DNA of 64,000 bases from Pristiophorus japonicus (Eukaryota). This document shows, piece after piece, positions 51,210 to 62,900 of the stretch. The DNA is taken from contig NC_092007.1 of NCBI RefSeq assembly GCF_044704955.1, positions 5,022,001 to 5,086,000 on the forward strand. The letters are read 5' to 3'. Position numbers and translations under genes: made by a program. Below the pieces are notes generated by a model. That model was not told where the DNA came from and made no database searches. It saw only the letters and a program-made list of their open reading frames with translations. The first letter of the stretch is position 1; every line of letters begins with the position of its first letter.

Positions 51210-51820
51210 CAATGCACAGCATGCTCCTACAAACAGCAATGTGATAAATGAGCAGATCATTTTTTTAGTGGATGTTGTTTGAGGGATAAATATTGGAGAA
51301 CTCCCCTCTGCTCTTCTTCGAAATAATGGCGTTAGGATCTTTTACATTCTACCTAAGAGGGCAGACGGGGCTTCGGGTTTAATGTCTCCTCTGAAATATG
51401 GCACCTCCGACAGTGCAGCGTTCCCTCAGTACTGGCCCTCTGACAATGCAACGCACCCTCAGAGTTGCCTCTCTGACAGTGCGGCGCTCCCTCAGTATTG
51501 CCCTTCCGAAAGTGCGGCACTCCCTCAGTACTGACCCCCCCCAACAGTGGGGCACTCCCTCATTAATACACTTCCGACAGTGCGGCGCTTCATCAGTACT
51601 GCCCCTCCGGCAGTGCTGCGCTCACTCAGTACTGCCCCTCCGAAAGTGTGGCACTCCCTCAGTAGTGCCCCTCTTTTATGAAAGCCCTCTGACAGTGAAG
51701 CACTTCCTCAGTACCACACTTTGGTATCAGTTTAGTTATTTGTGCTCAAGTCTCTGCAGTGGAAATCAAACCCACGAGCTTCTGACTCGGAGGCGTGAGT
51801 GCTACCCACTGAGCCATGGT
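51210..51820 (-). mobile_element. DeuSINE/SacSINE-like SINE with tRNA head and internal 33-bp minisatellite (~51403-51716)
   Basis: Minus-strand head TGGCTCAGTGGG (A box) ... GGTTTGATTTCC (B box). Confidence 0.8.
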
Positions 51821-52320
51821 TGATGGGACAAGTAGCAGAATGGGTCGCAAGCTGGATGCAAAACATTAAACAAAGAGTAGGGTTTAAGGGTAAGTTACTC
51901 AGATTGGCAGGTGGAAAGTGTTGTTCCCCAAGGATTGTTGCTGGGACCACTGCTGTTTACCATTTACACAACGGATTTAGACTCGGGAATCGGAAGTACA
52001 ATGTCACAATATATGGACAACAAATCGGGGTTTGCAGCTAACATAAGGGATGAAGGCGATAACTTATAAGAATGCATTGATAAAGGTGCAGAATGGGCGT
52101 GTAATTGGCAAACAAACATCAATATAGATAATTATGAAATGAGGAGGCCACATACTGTTTGGATAATAAGAGTCTAACTGGGGTAGAGGAACTGAGGGAT
52201 CTGGGTATTACTGATTCAAAAATTTAGCGACGCAGGTTAATAATGCCACAAAAAAACACTAGGGTTCATTCTAGAGGGCTAGAATTCAAAAGCAATGAGT
52301 TTATGCTAAATTTGGAGCCA

Positions 52321-52882
52321 TCCTTGGTTAGACCATACGTGGAATACTGTGCATAGTTCCGAACTCCATACACCTTGGTTACATCACACTTGGAGCACTG
52401 TGCACAGTTCTGGTCTCCATATACCTGGGTTACATTACACTTGGAGCACTGTGCACAGTTCTGGTCTCCATATACCTCGGTTAAACCCCACTTGGAGCAG
52501 TGTGTACAGTTCTGGTCTCCATATACGTTGGTTAAACCCCACTTGGAGCACTGTGCACAGTTCTGGTCTCCATATAACTTGGTTAGACCACGCTTGGAGC
52601 ACTGTGCCCAGTTCTCGTCTCCATAAAGCTTGATTAGATCACACTTGGAGCACTGTGCACAGTTCTGATCTCCATATACCTCGGTTAAACCCCACTTGGA
52701 GCAGTGTGTACAGTTCTGGTCTCCATATACCTTGGTTAAACCCCACTTGGAGCACTGTGCACAGTTCTGGTCTCCATATACCTTGGTTAGACCACACTTT
52801 GTGCACTGTGCCCAGTTCTGGTCACCATATACCTTGGTTAGACCACACTTGCAGCACTGTGCTCAGTTCTGATCTCTATATT
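52321..52882. repeat. 51-bp CR1-derived minisatellite, ~11 units
   Basis: 17-aa periodicity TLVRPHLEHCAQFWSPY, embedded in the CR1 fragment ~51820-53390. Confidence 0.95.
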
Positions 52883-53519
52883 ATAAAAATGGGATAAAGG
52901 CACTGGAGAAGGTGCTAAAAAATGTACAAGGATGATACCTGAACTGAGAGGTTATAACTATTAGGAAAGGCTGGTGCTCTTTTGTCGAGAAAAGAGAATG
53001 GTGGGGTGACCTGATAGAGGCCTTCAATATCATGAAAGGTTTCGACAGGTTCGACGTAGTGAAGATGTTTCAAATTGTGGAGGAAACCAGAACTAAGTGC
53101 CATTAATATGAGATAGACACTAATAAATCCAATGGGGAATTCAGGAGATGTTTCTTCACCTAGAGAGTGGTGAGAATGTGGCACTCGCTACCACAGTGAG
53201 TGATCAAGGTGAATCGCAAAGATGCATTTAAGAGGAAGCTGGATAAGCACATGTGGGAGAAAGGAAAAGAAGGATATGGTGATGGGATGGGATGAGATGA
53301 AGAGGGGAGGGAGGGGGCTGGTGTGGAGCATAAACATCGGCACAGAGCAGTTGGGCTGAAAGGCGTGGTTCTGTACTGTAAATACTTTGTAGAATGATGT
53401 TAATCTCGAACTGGCTCAATGACCAGCAATGATGCAAACTTCCTCTTTTCTGAGTGGAAGCAACAGTTGTTGCAATGCTGTTGTACTTTGTAGAATTAAG
53501 ACACTTGTGGTGAGGGAGG

Positions 53520-54293
53520 AGGATGGCACAATGCACAGCAAGCTCCTACAAACAGCAACATGATAAATGAGCAGATCATTTTTTTTTTGGTTGATGTTGT
53601 TTGAGAGATAAATATTGGAGAACTCCCCTCTGCTCTTCTTCAAAACAATGGCATTGTGATCTTTTACATTCCACCGAAGAGGGAAGACGTGAAGGCGGGG
53701 CCGAGGGTTTAAAGTCTCCTCTGAAATTCGGCACCTCCAGCAGTGCGGCACTTCCTCAGTACAGACCCTCTGACAATGCAGTGCTCCATTAGAACTGCCT
53801 CTCCAACTGTGCAGCGCTCCCTCAGTAGTGCCCCTCCGACAGTGCTGCACTCCCGCAGTACTGCCCCTCCGAAGTGCGGCGCTCCCTCTGTACTGCCCCT
53901 CCGACAGTGCAGCACTCCCTCAGTACTGCCCCTCTGACAGTGCAGCACTCCCTCAGTTTTGCCCCTCCGACAGTGCTGCGCTCCCTCAGCACTGCCCCTC
54001 TGAAGTGCGGCGCTCCCTCAGCACTGCCCCTCCGACAGTGCGGCACTCCCTCATTATTTCCCCCCAACAAAGCGGCACTCCCTCAGTACTGCCCCTCTGA
54101 CAGTGCGGCACTCCCTCAGTACTGCCCCTCCATGAGTGCAGCGCTCCCTCATGAAAGCCTCTCTGACAGTGAAGCACTTCCACAGTATTGCACCTTCCGG
54201 TCAACCTAGATGTTTGTGCGCAAAGTCTCTGCAGTGGGACTCAAACCTACGATCTTATGACTCGGAGGCGAGAGTGCTACGCAGTGAGCCATG
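53520..54293 (-). mobile_element. DeuSINE/SacSINE-like SINE with 33-bp minisatellite (~53732-54195)
   Basis: Paralog of 51210-51820; tRNA-like head at ~54236-54293. Confidence 0.8.
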
Positions 54294-54509
54294 GTTGATA
54301 GGGAACAAGTCGCAGAATGGATCGCAAGCTGGCTGCAAAATATTAAAGAAAGAGTAGGATTTAAGGTTAAATTACTCAGACTGGCGGAAGGTGGAAAGTA
54401 TTGTACCACAACGATTGTTGCTGGGACCACTGCTGTTCACCATTTACACAACGGATTTGGACTCGGGAATCAGAGGCACAATCTTAAAGTTGGGGTTTGT
54501 AGCTAACAC

Positions 54510-56410
54510 AATAATAATAATGATGTTTATTTATATAGCGCCTTTAACATAGTAAAACGTCCCAAGGTGTTTCACAGCAGTGTGACAGACAAACAGATAA
54601 ATTTCACACCGAGCTACAGAAAAATTTAAGAGAAATTATCAAATGCTTGTTTAAAGAGGAAAGTTTTAATCAGCGTCTTAAAGGAGGAAAGAGTGGCAGC
54701 GAGGCGGACGGATTTAGTAAGGGTGTTCCAGAGCCTGGGGCCAGGCAGCTGATGGCATGGCCGCTGATGGTTGAGGGATTATAATCAAAGATGCTCAAGA
54801 GGGCAGAATTAGAGGAGTGCAGACACCTTGTGAGATGATTATGAGGCCGAAAAGATTACAGAGATATGGATGGAGCAAGTCCAGAGAGTGATTTGTAAAC
54901 AAGGATGAGAATTTTGAAATCGAGGCAGTATTTAATTGGTAGCCAATTTAGGTCAGAAATCCTAAATTTGATGTGGTTTAATAGAAGGACTGCTGTGTTT
55001 TGGATGACTTCAAGTTTACATGGTGTAGACAGTGGGAGGCCGGCCAGGAGTGCGTTGGAATGGTCAACTTTAGAGGTAACAAAGGCAGGAATGATGGTTT
55101 CAGCAGCAGAAGAGCTGAGGCCGGGGCAGAGACGGGCAATTCACGGAGGTGGAAAAAGGCAAGATTAGGGTCAAATATGATACCTAGATTGCGACCAGCT
55201 TGTTCACCCTCAGATTGATGCTTGGGAGAGGGATGGAGTCACTGTTTAGGGAACGCAATTTGTGGCGGGGACCAAAGATAATGACTTCGGTCTTCACATT
55301 ATTTGTGGCAGAAAATTTCTGCTCATCCAGTACTGAACGTCGGGCAAGCCGACTGACAATTTAGATACCAAGCTGGGATCGAGAGAAGTGGTGCAGAGCA
55401 AGAGTTGGGTGTCGTCAGCGTACATGTGGAAACTGACTCAGTGTTTTTGGATGATGTCGCCAAGGGACAGCATATAGATGAGAAATAAGAGGGGGCCAAG
55501 GACAGATCCTTGGGGGACACGATGCGGGAATGGGAAGAGAAGCTGTTGCAGGGGATTCTCTGGCTACGATTAGAGAGATGAGAATGGAATCAGGCGAGTG
55601 CAGTCCCACCCAGTTGGACGATGTTGGAGAGGCCTTGGAGAAGGATAGAGTGGTAAATTGTGTCAAAGGCTGCAGACAGGTCCAGAAGAACAAGGAGCGA
55701 TAGTTTACCTTTCTCACAGTTACAAAAGATGTCATTTGCGATTTTGATGAGAGTTATTTCGGTATGGTGGCGGGGGCGAATTTCAGATTGAAGAGATTCA
55801 AACATTGAATTCACGGAAAGATGTTCACGGATTTGGGAGGATACAACACGTTCAATGACTATGGATAGGAAAGGGATTTGGGTGACTGGTCGATAGCAAG
55901 CAAAGTAGGGTCAAGGGCTGTTTTTGTTAGGAGAGGGGTGATGACAGCAGATTTGATGGAGAGGGGAACAGTACCTGAGGAGAGAAAACCGTTTACCATG
56001 TCGGCTAACATGGAAGTCAAAATAGAAAGTTGAGCGGTCAGCAGTTTAGTGGGAATAGGGTCAAGTGAGCAGGAAGTGGACAAGATGAGCATGGAGCGAT
56101 GAAGAGTGGAGATCAAACATAAACTAGAGAAAGCTGTGAGTTCAAGGCTAGGGCAGGTGGAAGCCACAGATCAAGTTTGACCCTGTGGGATAGGTGAAGG
56201 AAGGGAACTTGCAGAGGCAGTTGATCAGATAGTCTCAATTTTTGAGACAAATTTGTCCATGAGCTCCTCACGCTTTCTGTTGAAGATGAGTGTGCTGGAG
56301 ACAGGGGAGAGGGTTTTAAGGAGACAGTTAGCTGTAGAGAATAGTAGCCGCTGGTTATTTTTGCAATCCAGAAGGATCCTGGAATAGTGAGCATTTTTTG
56401 TAGACAAGAG
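54510..56410 (-). mobile_element. L2-type LINE, 5'-truncated and decayed
   Basis: [39 protein letters not shown]; (TTA)n-like tail at ~54510. Confidence 0.88.
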
Positions 56411-56419
56411 CAGGAACCT

Positions 56420-59400
56420 ATAAAATGTTTAGTTACCCCAAATAAGTTCAGGTCCAAGTTATTAGTAGATCTCCATCTCCAGAACCTGGGAATAAGCTTG
56501 ACCAAGTGTTTGAGTCTCTGTGTCTCAATGCGAGAAGTATTCGTAATAAGGTGGACGAATTAATGAATTAATGGATATGATGTAATTGGCATCATGGAGA
56601 CATGGCTCCAGGGTGACCAAGGCTGGGAACTCAACCTGCAGGGATATTCAACATTCAGGAATGATAGGCAGAAAGGAAAATGAGGTGGGATGGCATTGCT
56701 GGTTAAGGAGGAAATTAACGCAATAGTAAGGAAGGACATTAGCTTGGAGGATGTGGAATCGGTATGGGTGGAGCTACGGAATACCAAGGGGCAGCAAACG
56801 TAGTGGGAGTTGTGTACAGACCACCAAACAGTAGTAGTGAGGTTGGGGACAGCATCAAACAAGAAATTAGGGATGCGTGCAATAAAGGTACAGCAGTTAT
56901 CATGGGCAACTTGAATCTACATATTGATTGGGCGAACCAAACTGGTAGCAATGCGGTGGAGGAGGATTTCCTGGAGTGTATTAGGGATGATTTTCTCGAT
57001 AAATATGTCAAGGAAACAACTAGAAGGCTGGCCATCCTAGACTGGGCGATGTGTAATGAGAAAGGACTAATTAGCAATCTTGTTTTGCGAGGCCCCTTTG
57101 GAAAGAGTGACCATAATATGGTAGAATGCTTTATTAATTTGGAGAGTGACAGTGTTAATTCAGAGACTAGGGTCCTGAAATTAAGGAAAGGTAACTTCGA
57201 TGGTATGAGACGTGAATTGGCTAGAATAGATTGGCAAATGATACTTAAAGGGTTGATGGTGGATAGGCAATGGCAAACATTTAAAGATCACATGGATGAA
57301 CTTCAACAATTGCACATATTGTCTGGAGTAAAAATAAAACGGGGAAGGTGGCTTAACCGTGGCTAACAGGGGAAATTAAGGAGAGTGTTAAATCCAAGGA
57401 AGAGGCATATAAATTGGCCAGAAAAAGCAGCAAACCTGAGGACTGGGAGAATTTTATACTTCTGCAGAGGAGGACAAAGATTTTAATTAGGAGGGAGAAA
57501 ATAGAGTATGAGAGGAAGATTGCTGGGAACATAAAAACTGACTGCAAAAGCTTTTATAGATATGTGAGGAGAAAAAGATTAGTGAAGACAAACGTAGGTG
57601 CCTTGCAGTCAGATTCAGGTGAATTTATGATGGGGAATAAAGAAATGGGGGACCAGTTGAACAAATACTTTGGTTCTGTCTTCACGAAGGAAGACACAAA
57701 TAACCTTCCGGAAATACTAGGGGACCAAGGGTCCAGTGAAAAGGAGGAACTGAAGGAAATCATTATTAAGCGGCAAATTGTGTTAAGGAAATTGATGGGA
57801 TTGAAGGCCGATTAATCCCAGGGGCCTGATAGTCTGCATCACAGAGTATTAAGGAAGTGGTCCTAGAAATAGTGGATGCATTGGTGATCATTTTCCAACA
57901 GTTTATCGACTCTGGATCAGTCCCTATGGACTGGAGGGTAGTTAATGTAAAACCACTTTTTAAGAAAGGAGGGAGAGAGAAAACAGGTAATTATCGACCG
58001 GTTAGCCTGACACCAGTAGTGGGGAAAATGTTGGAATCAATTATTAAAGATGAAATATCAGCGACAGGATCGGTCCAAGTCAGCATAGATTTATGAAAGG
58101 GAAACCATGCTTGACAAATTTCTAGAATTTATTGAGGATGTAACTAGTAGAATGGACACAGGAGAACCAGTGGTTGTGGTGTATTTGGACTTTCAAAAGG
58201 CTTTTGACAAGTTCCCACACAAGAGATTGGTGTGCAACATTAAAGCGCATGGTATTGGTGGTAATGTACTAACGTGGATAGAGAACTGGTTGGCAGACAG
58301 GAAGCAGAGAGTCGGGATAAACGGCTCCTTTTCAGAATGGCAGGCAGTGACTAGTGGGGTGCTGCAGAGCTCAGTGCTGGGACCCCAGCTATTTACAATA
58401 TACATTAATGATTTGAAAGAAAGGAATTGAGTGTAATATTTCCAAGTTTGCAGATGACACTAATCTGGGTTGCGGTGTGAGCTGTGAGGAGGACGCTAAG
58501 AGGCTGCAGGGTGACTTGGACAGATAAGGCGAGTGGGCAAAGGCATGGCAGATGCAGTATAATGTGGATAAATGTGAGGTTATCCACTTTGTGGCAAAAA
58601 TAAGAAGGCAGAGTATTATCTGAATGTTTGCGGATTAGCAAAATGGGAGGTGCAACGGGACCTGTGTGTCATGGTACATCATTCATTGAAAATTGGCATA
58701 CAGGTACAGCAGGCAGTAAAGAAGGCACATGGTATGTTGGCCTTCATAGCTAGGTGATTTGTGTATAGGAGCAGGGAGGGCTTATTGCAGTTGTACAGGG
58801 CCTTAGTGAGGCCTCACCTGGAATATTGTGTACAGTTTTGGTAACCTAATCTGAGGAAGGACTTTCTTGCTATTGAGGGAGTGCAGCGAAGGTTCACCAG
58901 ACTGATTCCCGGGATGGCAGGACTGACATATGAGGAGAGACTGGATCGACTGGGCCTGTATTCACTGGAGTTTAGAAGGATGAGAGGGAATCTCATAGAA
59001 TCAGATAAAATTCTGACAGAACTGGACAGGTTAGAGGCAGGAATAATGTTCCCGATGTTGGGGAAGTCTAGAACCTGGGGTCATAGTCTAAGGATAAGTG
59101 GTAAGCAATTTAGGACGGAGATGAGGAGAAACTTCTTCACTCAGAGAGTTGTTACCCTGTGGAATTCTCTACCACAGAGAGTTGTTGATGCCAGTTCTTT
59201 GGATATATTTAAGAGAGAGTTAGATATGACCCTTCCGGCTAAAGGGATCAAGAAGTATGGAGAGAAAGCAGGAAAGTGGTACTGAGGTGAATGATCAGCC
59301 ATGATCTTATTGAATGGTGGTGCAGATCCAAAGGACCGAATGGCCTTCTCCTGCAACTATTTTCTATGTTTCCATGTTTTACACACAGTTACTTATAGTG

Positions 59401-60640
59401 GCCAGGTATAGATAAAGATATAGACTACATGTTAGTCAGTGTAAAACAAGTCAATTGATAAGCAAGAAACCACCATCTGTACTAATGCAGCCATGGAAAT
59501 GGATCCTCGGGAGTGGCGAAGGTTATGTGTAGATTTTTGCTGAGCTAGAAGGACAACAATTGTTTATTGTGATTGATAGCAATTCGAAATGTGTAGAGGT
59601 GTTTTTGATGCAGAGTAAAACATTATTCAATTTGCGAAGATTGTTTTCTTCATATGGCCTCTTGAAGAAATTGTGTCTGATAATGTGCTGCAATTTTGTT
59701 CAGAAGAATTTGCACAGTTCACGAGCAGAAATGTTGTGAATTGTACAAAGGTACCACTGTACCAACCTCCTTCAAATGGTGCAGCAGAGCACAGATTACA
59801 AATTGGAACACATGCTCTCATCAAACAAATGTTAGAGACAAATCCAAAGAAATGGAAATTGTCATTGGATCATAAACTGGCAACTTTTCTAATTATTTTC
59901 GTAATACTCCTGATACAACTACTGGTAGAACACCAGCAGAGTTGTTTCTTAAACAACAGCAACGAACGAGTTTCTCATTGTTAATGCCAAACTAGGCACA
60001 ATCAGTGGACAAGAAACAATCAAAACAGAAAGAGAATCATGATAGAGGTAGAGTAAGATAGTGAAGTGTGAAATTGAGTCAGAAGGTTTGAACGAAGAAC
60101 CATCACCATAAATAGATAAAGTAGTTATCAGGAAGAATAGTAAGTTATGGTGGTCCTCCCACATATTTGGTTAAGATGTTTGATTATGGAAAGTTCAGGT
60201 TTGCTCACATTGATCATATTTTACCTACAGATTTGGCAAGTAAAAGTTGGAATGATTCGATTATTTCTGATGAGTCAGATAGTCTTGTTACAAGTCGATT
60301 ACCAGTAGCAAATCTTACATCAGATCTACGCGAACAAGTCCAAGAGAAAGTCAGAATTTAATTCTGACCCTGAGTCAGGCTGACAAACAGTCTGACGTAG
60401 TAAAGAGTTCAAATGTAAATCCAGGGATTCCCTTGGAGAAAAACTCTCCTCAGGATCAGCCTAGAATGAGCCTGAGTTTGACATCAAGTTTGGAAAGTTC
60501 TGTTCCAGGTCGAAGGTATCTTCTTCGAAAGAGACAAGCAGTGATTAAGTTTATTTGTAGATATGGCAAGATAAGTCCAAATCTTTTGTTGTCTATCACC
60601 ATGCATGGTATGTATGATAATTATTTTGTTATGAGCAGCA
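56420..60640 (+). mobile_element. Ty3/Gypsy LTR-retrotransposon integrase remnant (56420-56510 and 59376-60640), interrupted by CR1
   Basis: PNKFRSKLLVDLH..NLGISLTK | SYL*WPGIDKDI, FIVIDSNSK, EEIVSDN, PLYQPPSNGAAE. Confidence 0.8.
56511..59375 (+). mobile_element. CR1 LINE, near-complete ORF2, decayed
   Basis: LCLNARSIRNKVDEL through endonuclease and RT to KAGKWY*; ttctatgtttccatg tail. Confidence 0.93.
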
Positions 60641-60644
60641 TAGT

Positions 60645-61855
60645 TTGGGGAAAATACATGGATGTGTTGTCTTTGCATTTCCAGAAAGCATTCGAGAAGG
60701 TGCCACCTAAAAGGTTACTGCACAAGATAAAAGTTCATGGGGTTGGGGTTAATATAGTAGCATGGATAGAGGATTGGCTAACTAACAGAAAACAAAGAGT
60801 GGGGAAAAATTGCTCATTTTCCGGTTGGTAAATGGTAAGTAAAGTGGTGCCACAGGGATCAATGCTGGGGCCTCAACTATTAAAATCTGCATTAACGATT
60901 TGGATGAAGGGACCGAGTATAATGTAAACAATTTGCTGATGTTACCAACGAGGATGGGGAAACAAGTTGTGAGGAGGACACAATAAATCTGCAAAGGGAT
61001 ATATACAGACTAAGTGAGTGGGCAAACATTTAACAAATGAAGTATGATGTCGGCAAGTGTGAGTTTATCCACTTTGGCAAAAATGACAAAAAAAGCAAAT
61101 TATTATTTAAATGGAGAGAAATTACAAATTGCAACAGTACAGAGGGACCTGGGGGAACGTGTGCATGAAAAGCAAAACGTTAGTATGCAGGTACAGCAAT
61201 TAATCAGGAAGACAAATGGAATGTTAGCATTTATTGCAAGTGGGATAGATTAAAAAACAAAGCAGAAATGTCCTGCTACAACTGTACAGGGTATTGATGA
61301 AACCACAACTAGTGTATTGTGTACAGTTTTCTTCCCCTTATTTAAGGAGGGATATACCTGCATTGGAGGCAGTTCAGAGGCGGTTCACTAGGTTGATTCC
61401 TGAGATGACGAGGGTGTCTTATGTATATAGGTTGAGCAGGTTGGGCCTATACTCATTGGAGTTTAGAAGAATGAGAGGTGATCTTATTGAAATATATAAG
61501 ATAATGAAGTGGCTCTATAAAATAGATGCAGAGAGGATGATTCCCCTCTTGGGGGAGCCTCGAACTAGGGGTCATAGTTTCTGAATAAAGGGTCGTCCAT
61601 TTAAAACTGAGATGAGGAGGAATTTCTTCTCTCAGCGGGTTGTAAATCCAGGGAATTTTCTGCCCCGCAGAGTAGTGGCTGGGCCATTGAATATATTTAA
61701 GTTGGAGATAGACAACATTTTTTGTGATAATGGAGTCAAGCGGGTGGGAAAGTGGAGTTAAGGCCATGATCAGATCAGCCATGATTTTATTGAATGGCGG
61801 AGCAGGATCGAGGGTCAAAATTGCCGACACCTGCTCCTATTTTTTATGTTCTTAT
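60645..61855 (+). mobile_element. 5'-truncated CR1 LINE
   Basis: FQKAFEKVP..RLLHKIK..WIEDWL, YCVQF, LYSLEFRRMRGDLIE. Confidence 0.9.
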
Positions 61856-61880
61856 TACTTCTTCATTAAGGAGGGTGAAG

Positions 61881-62015
61881 TGTAATTTAGAGCTCCACCT
61901 AATGGACTATTGCGGTAATGCAAATCCTGATGTATAACAATAAAGGGTCATGTGATAGCCATTTATAGCCATCTTGTGTAACGTGTGGATTAGTAATGTC
62001 ATAAAGAACATATCA
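61881..62015 (+). mobile_element. Putative 3' LTR of the Gypsy element
   Basis: Purine tract aaggagggtgaag immediately before TGTAAT...ATATCA; internal AATAAA. Confidence 0.55.
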
Positions 62016-62749
62016 TAGTTTTAGCCTAAAGAATTATTTATTTTCTTTCCACTTTGCAGGTTTTGGACTTGTGAGACAAAAACAACACACATGCAGGATG
62101 TTTCTTTTCTCACCCTTATCCAGGGATTATTTTTACTTAGAATAATCAAAAGAAATACAAGCAATCACAATAGCATTAAATGCACAATAATTTCTAATTA
62201 TTAATCAGCACCAACCAATCTATTAAAGTAATTATCAGTTAAAAATTGCTTATTTCCTAAATGATTACAATACAAAGACTCTCACACATGAGTGAACTTC
62301 TGCCCTGGTCAGCGATTGGAAATTAACACTCTGATTCTCTTGGTAATTGACAAGGTCATCACTCACATCGACTGCAGTGCTGACTGCACACGTTACAGCC
62401 ATCCTTTACTAGTTTTCAGAATGACTGACCGCCATGTATGTAATTGTCTAGGTCTAAAACAAAGAGATGCACTTTCATCATGAATAAGCATTTTGTTCTC
62501 TTCTCTTCACAGGTCCCAGGCAATGACTTGGAGAAGTGTCTCTTTGCAGCTGTGAGAGTTTAAAACACACGAGAAAATATTTTGAATTCGCAAAGCCTTT
62601 TGAGTCACTAAAAATTGGTTAACCCATGTTTTCAGCCATCTTGGAGCAGTTTGCAAACACATTTATTAGTAGAAAATGAGCACAATAAAAGCTGTCGACT
62701 TACAAAGGCTGCAGCTTAGCAACAATGAATCTTTGGCTGATACATTAAA

Positions 62750-62900
62750 TAATTTTTAAATGCAATGAAGGTTTCTGCATCTACCACCATTTCAGGCAGT
62801 GAGTTCCAGACACCCACCACCCTCTGTTGATGAAATTTCCTTTCAAATTCCCTCCAATACTCCTATCAATTTCTTAAAATCTGTGTCCCCTGGCTGTTAT
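62750..62900 (-). mobile_element. CR1 3' fragment overlapping the GPCR C-terminus
   Basis: Minus strand ccaggggacacagatttt...cagagggtggtgggtgtctggaactcactgcctgaa matches the CR1 pieces at ~7740-7870 and ~33945-34070. Confidence 0.75.

Noticed and set aside
51760-51818. tRNA gene (also 54236-54293)
   Set aside because: This is a degenerate A/B-box head continuous with a SINE body; no complete cloverleaf is evident.
42862-54195. Short tandem arrays as CRISPR-like loci
   Set aside because: Units are head-to-tail with no unique spacers, there are no cas genes, and the context is eukaryotic.
49743-54209. Repetitive ORFs (SAALPQYCPSD, RECCTVGGAVL, LEHCAQFWSPY repeats) as novel repeat proteins
   Set aside because: They are by-products of 33-bp and 51-bp minisatellites, open in several frames on both strands and embedded in SINE/CR1 sequence.
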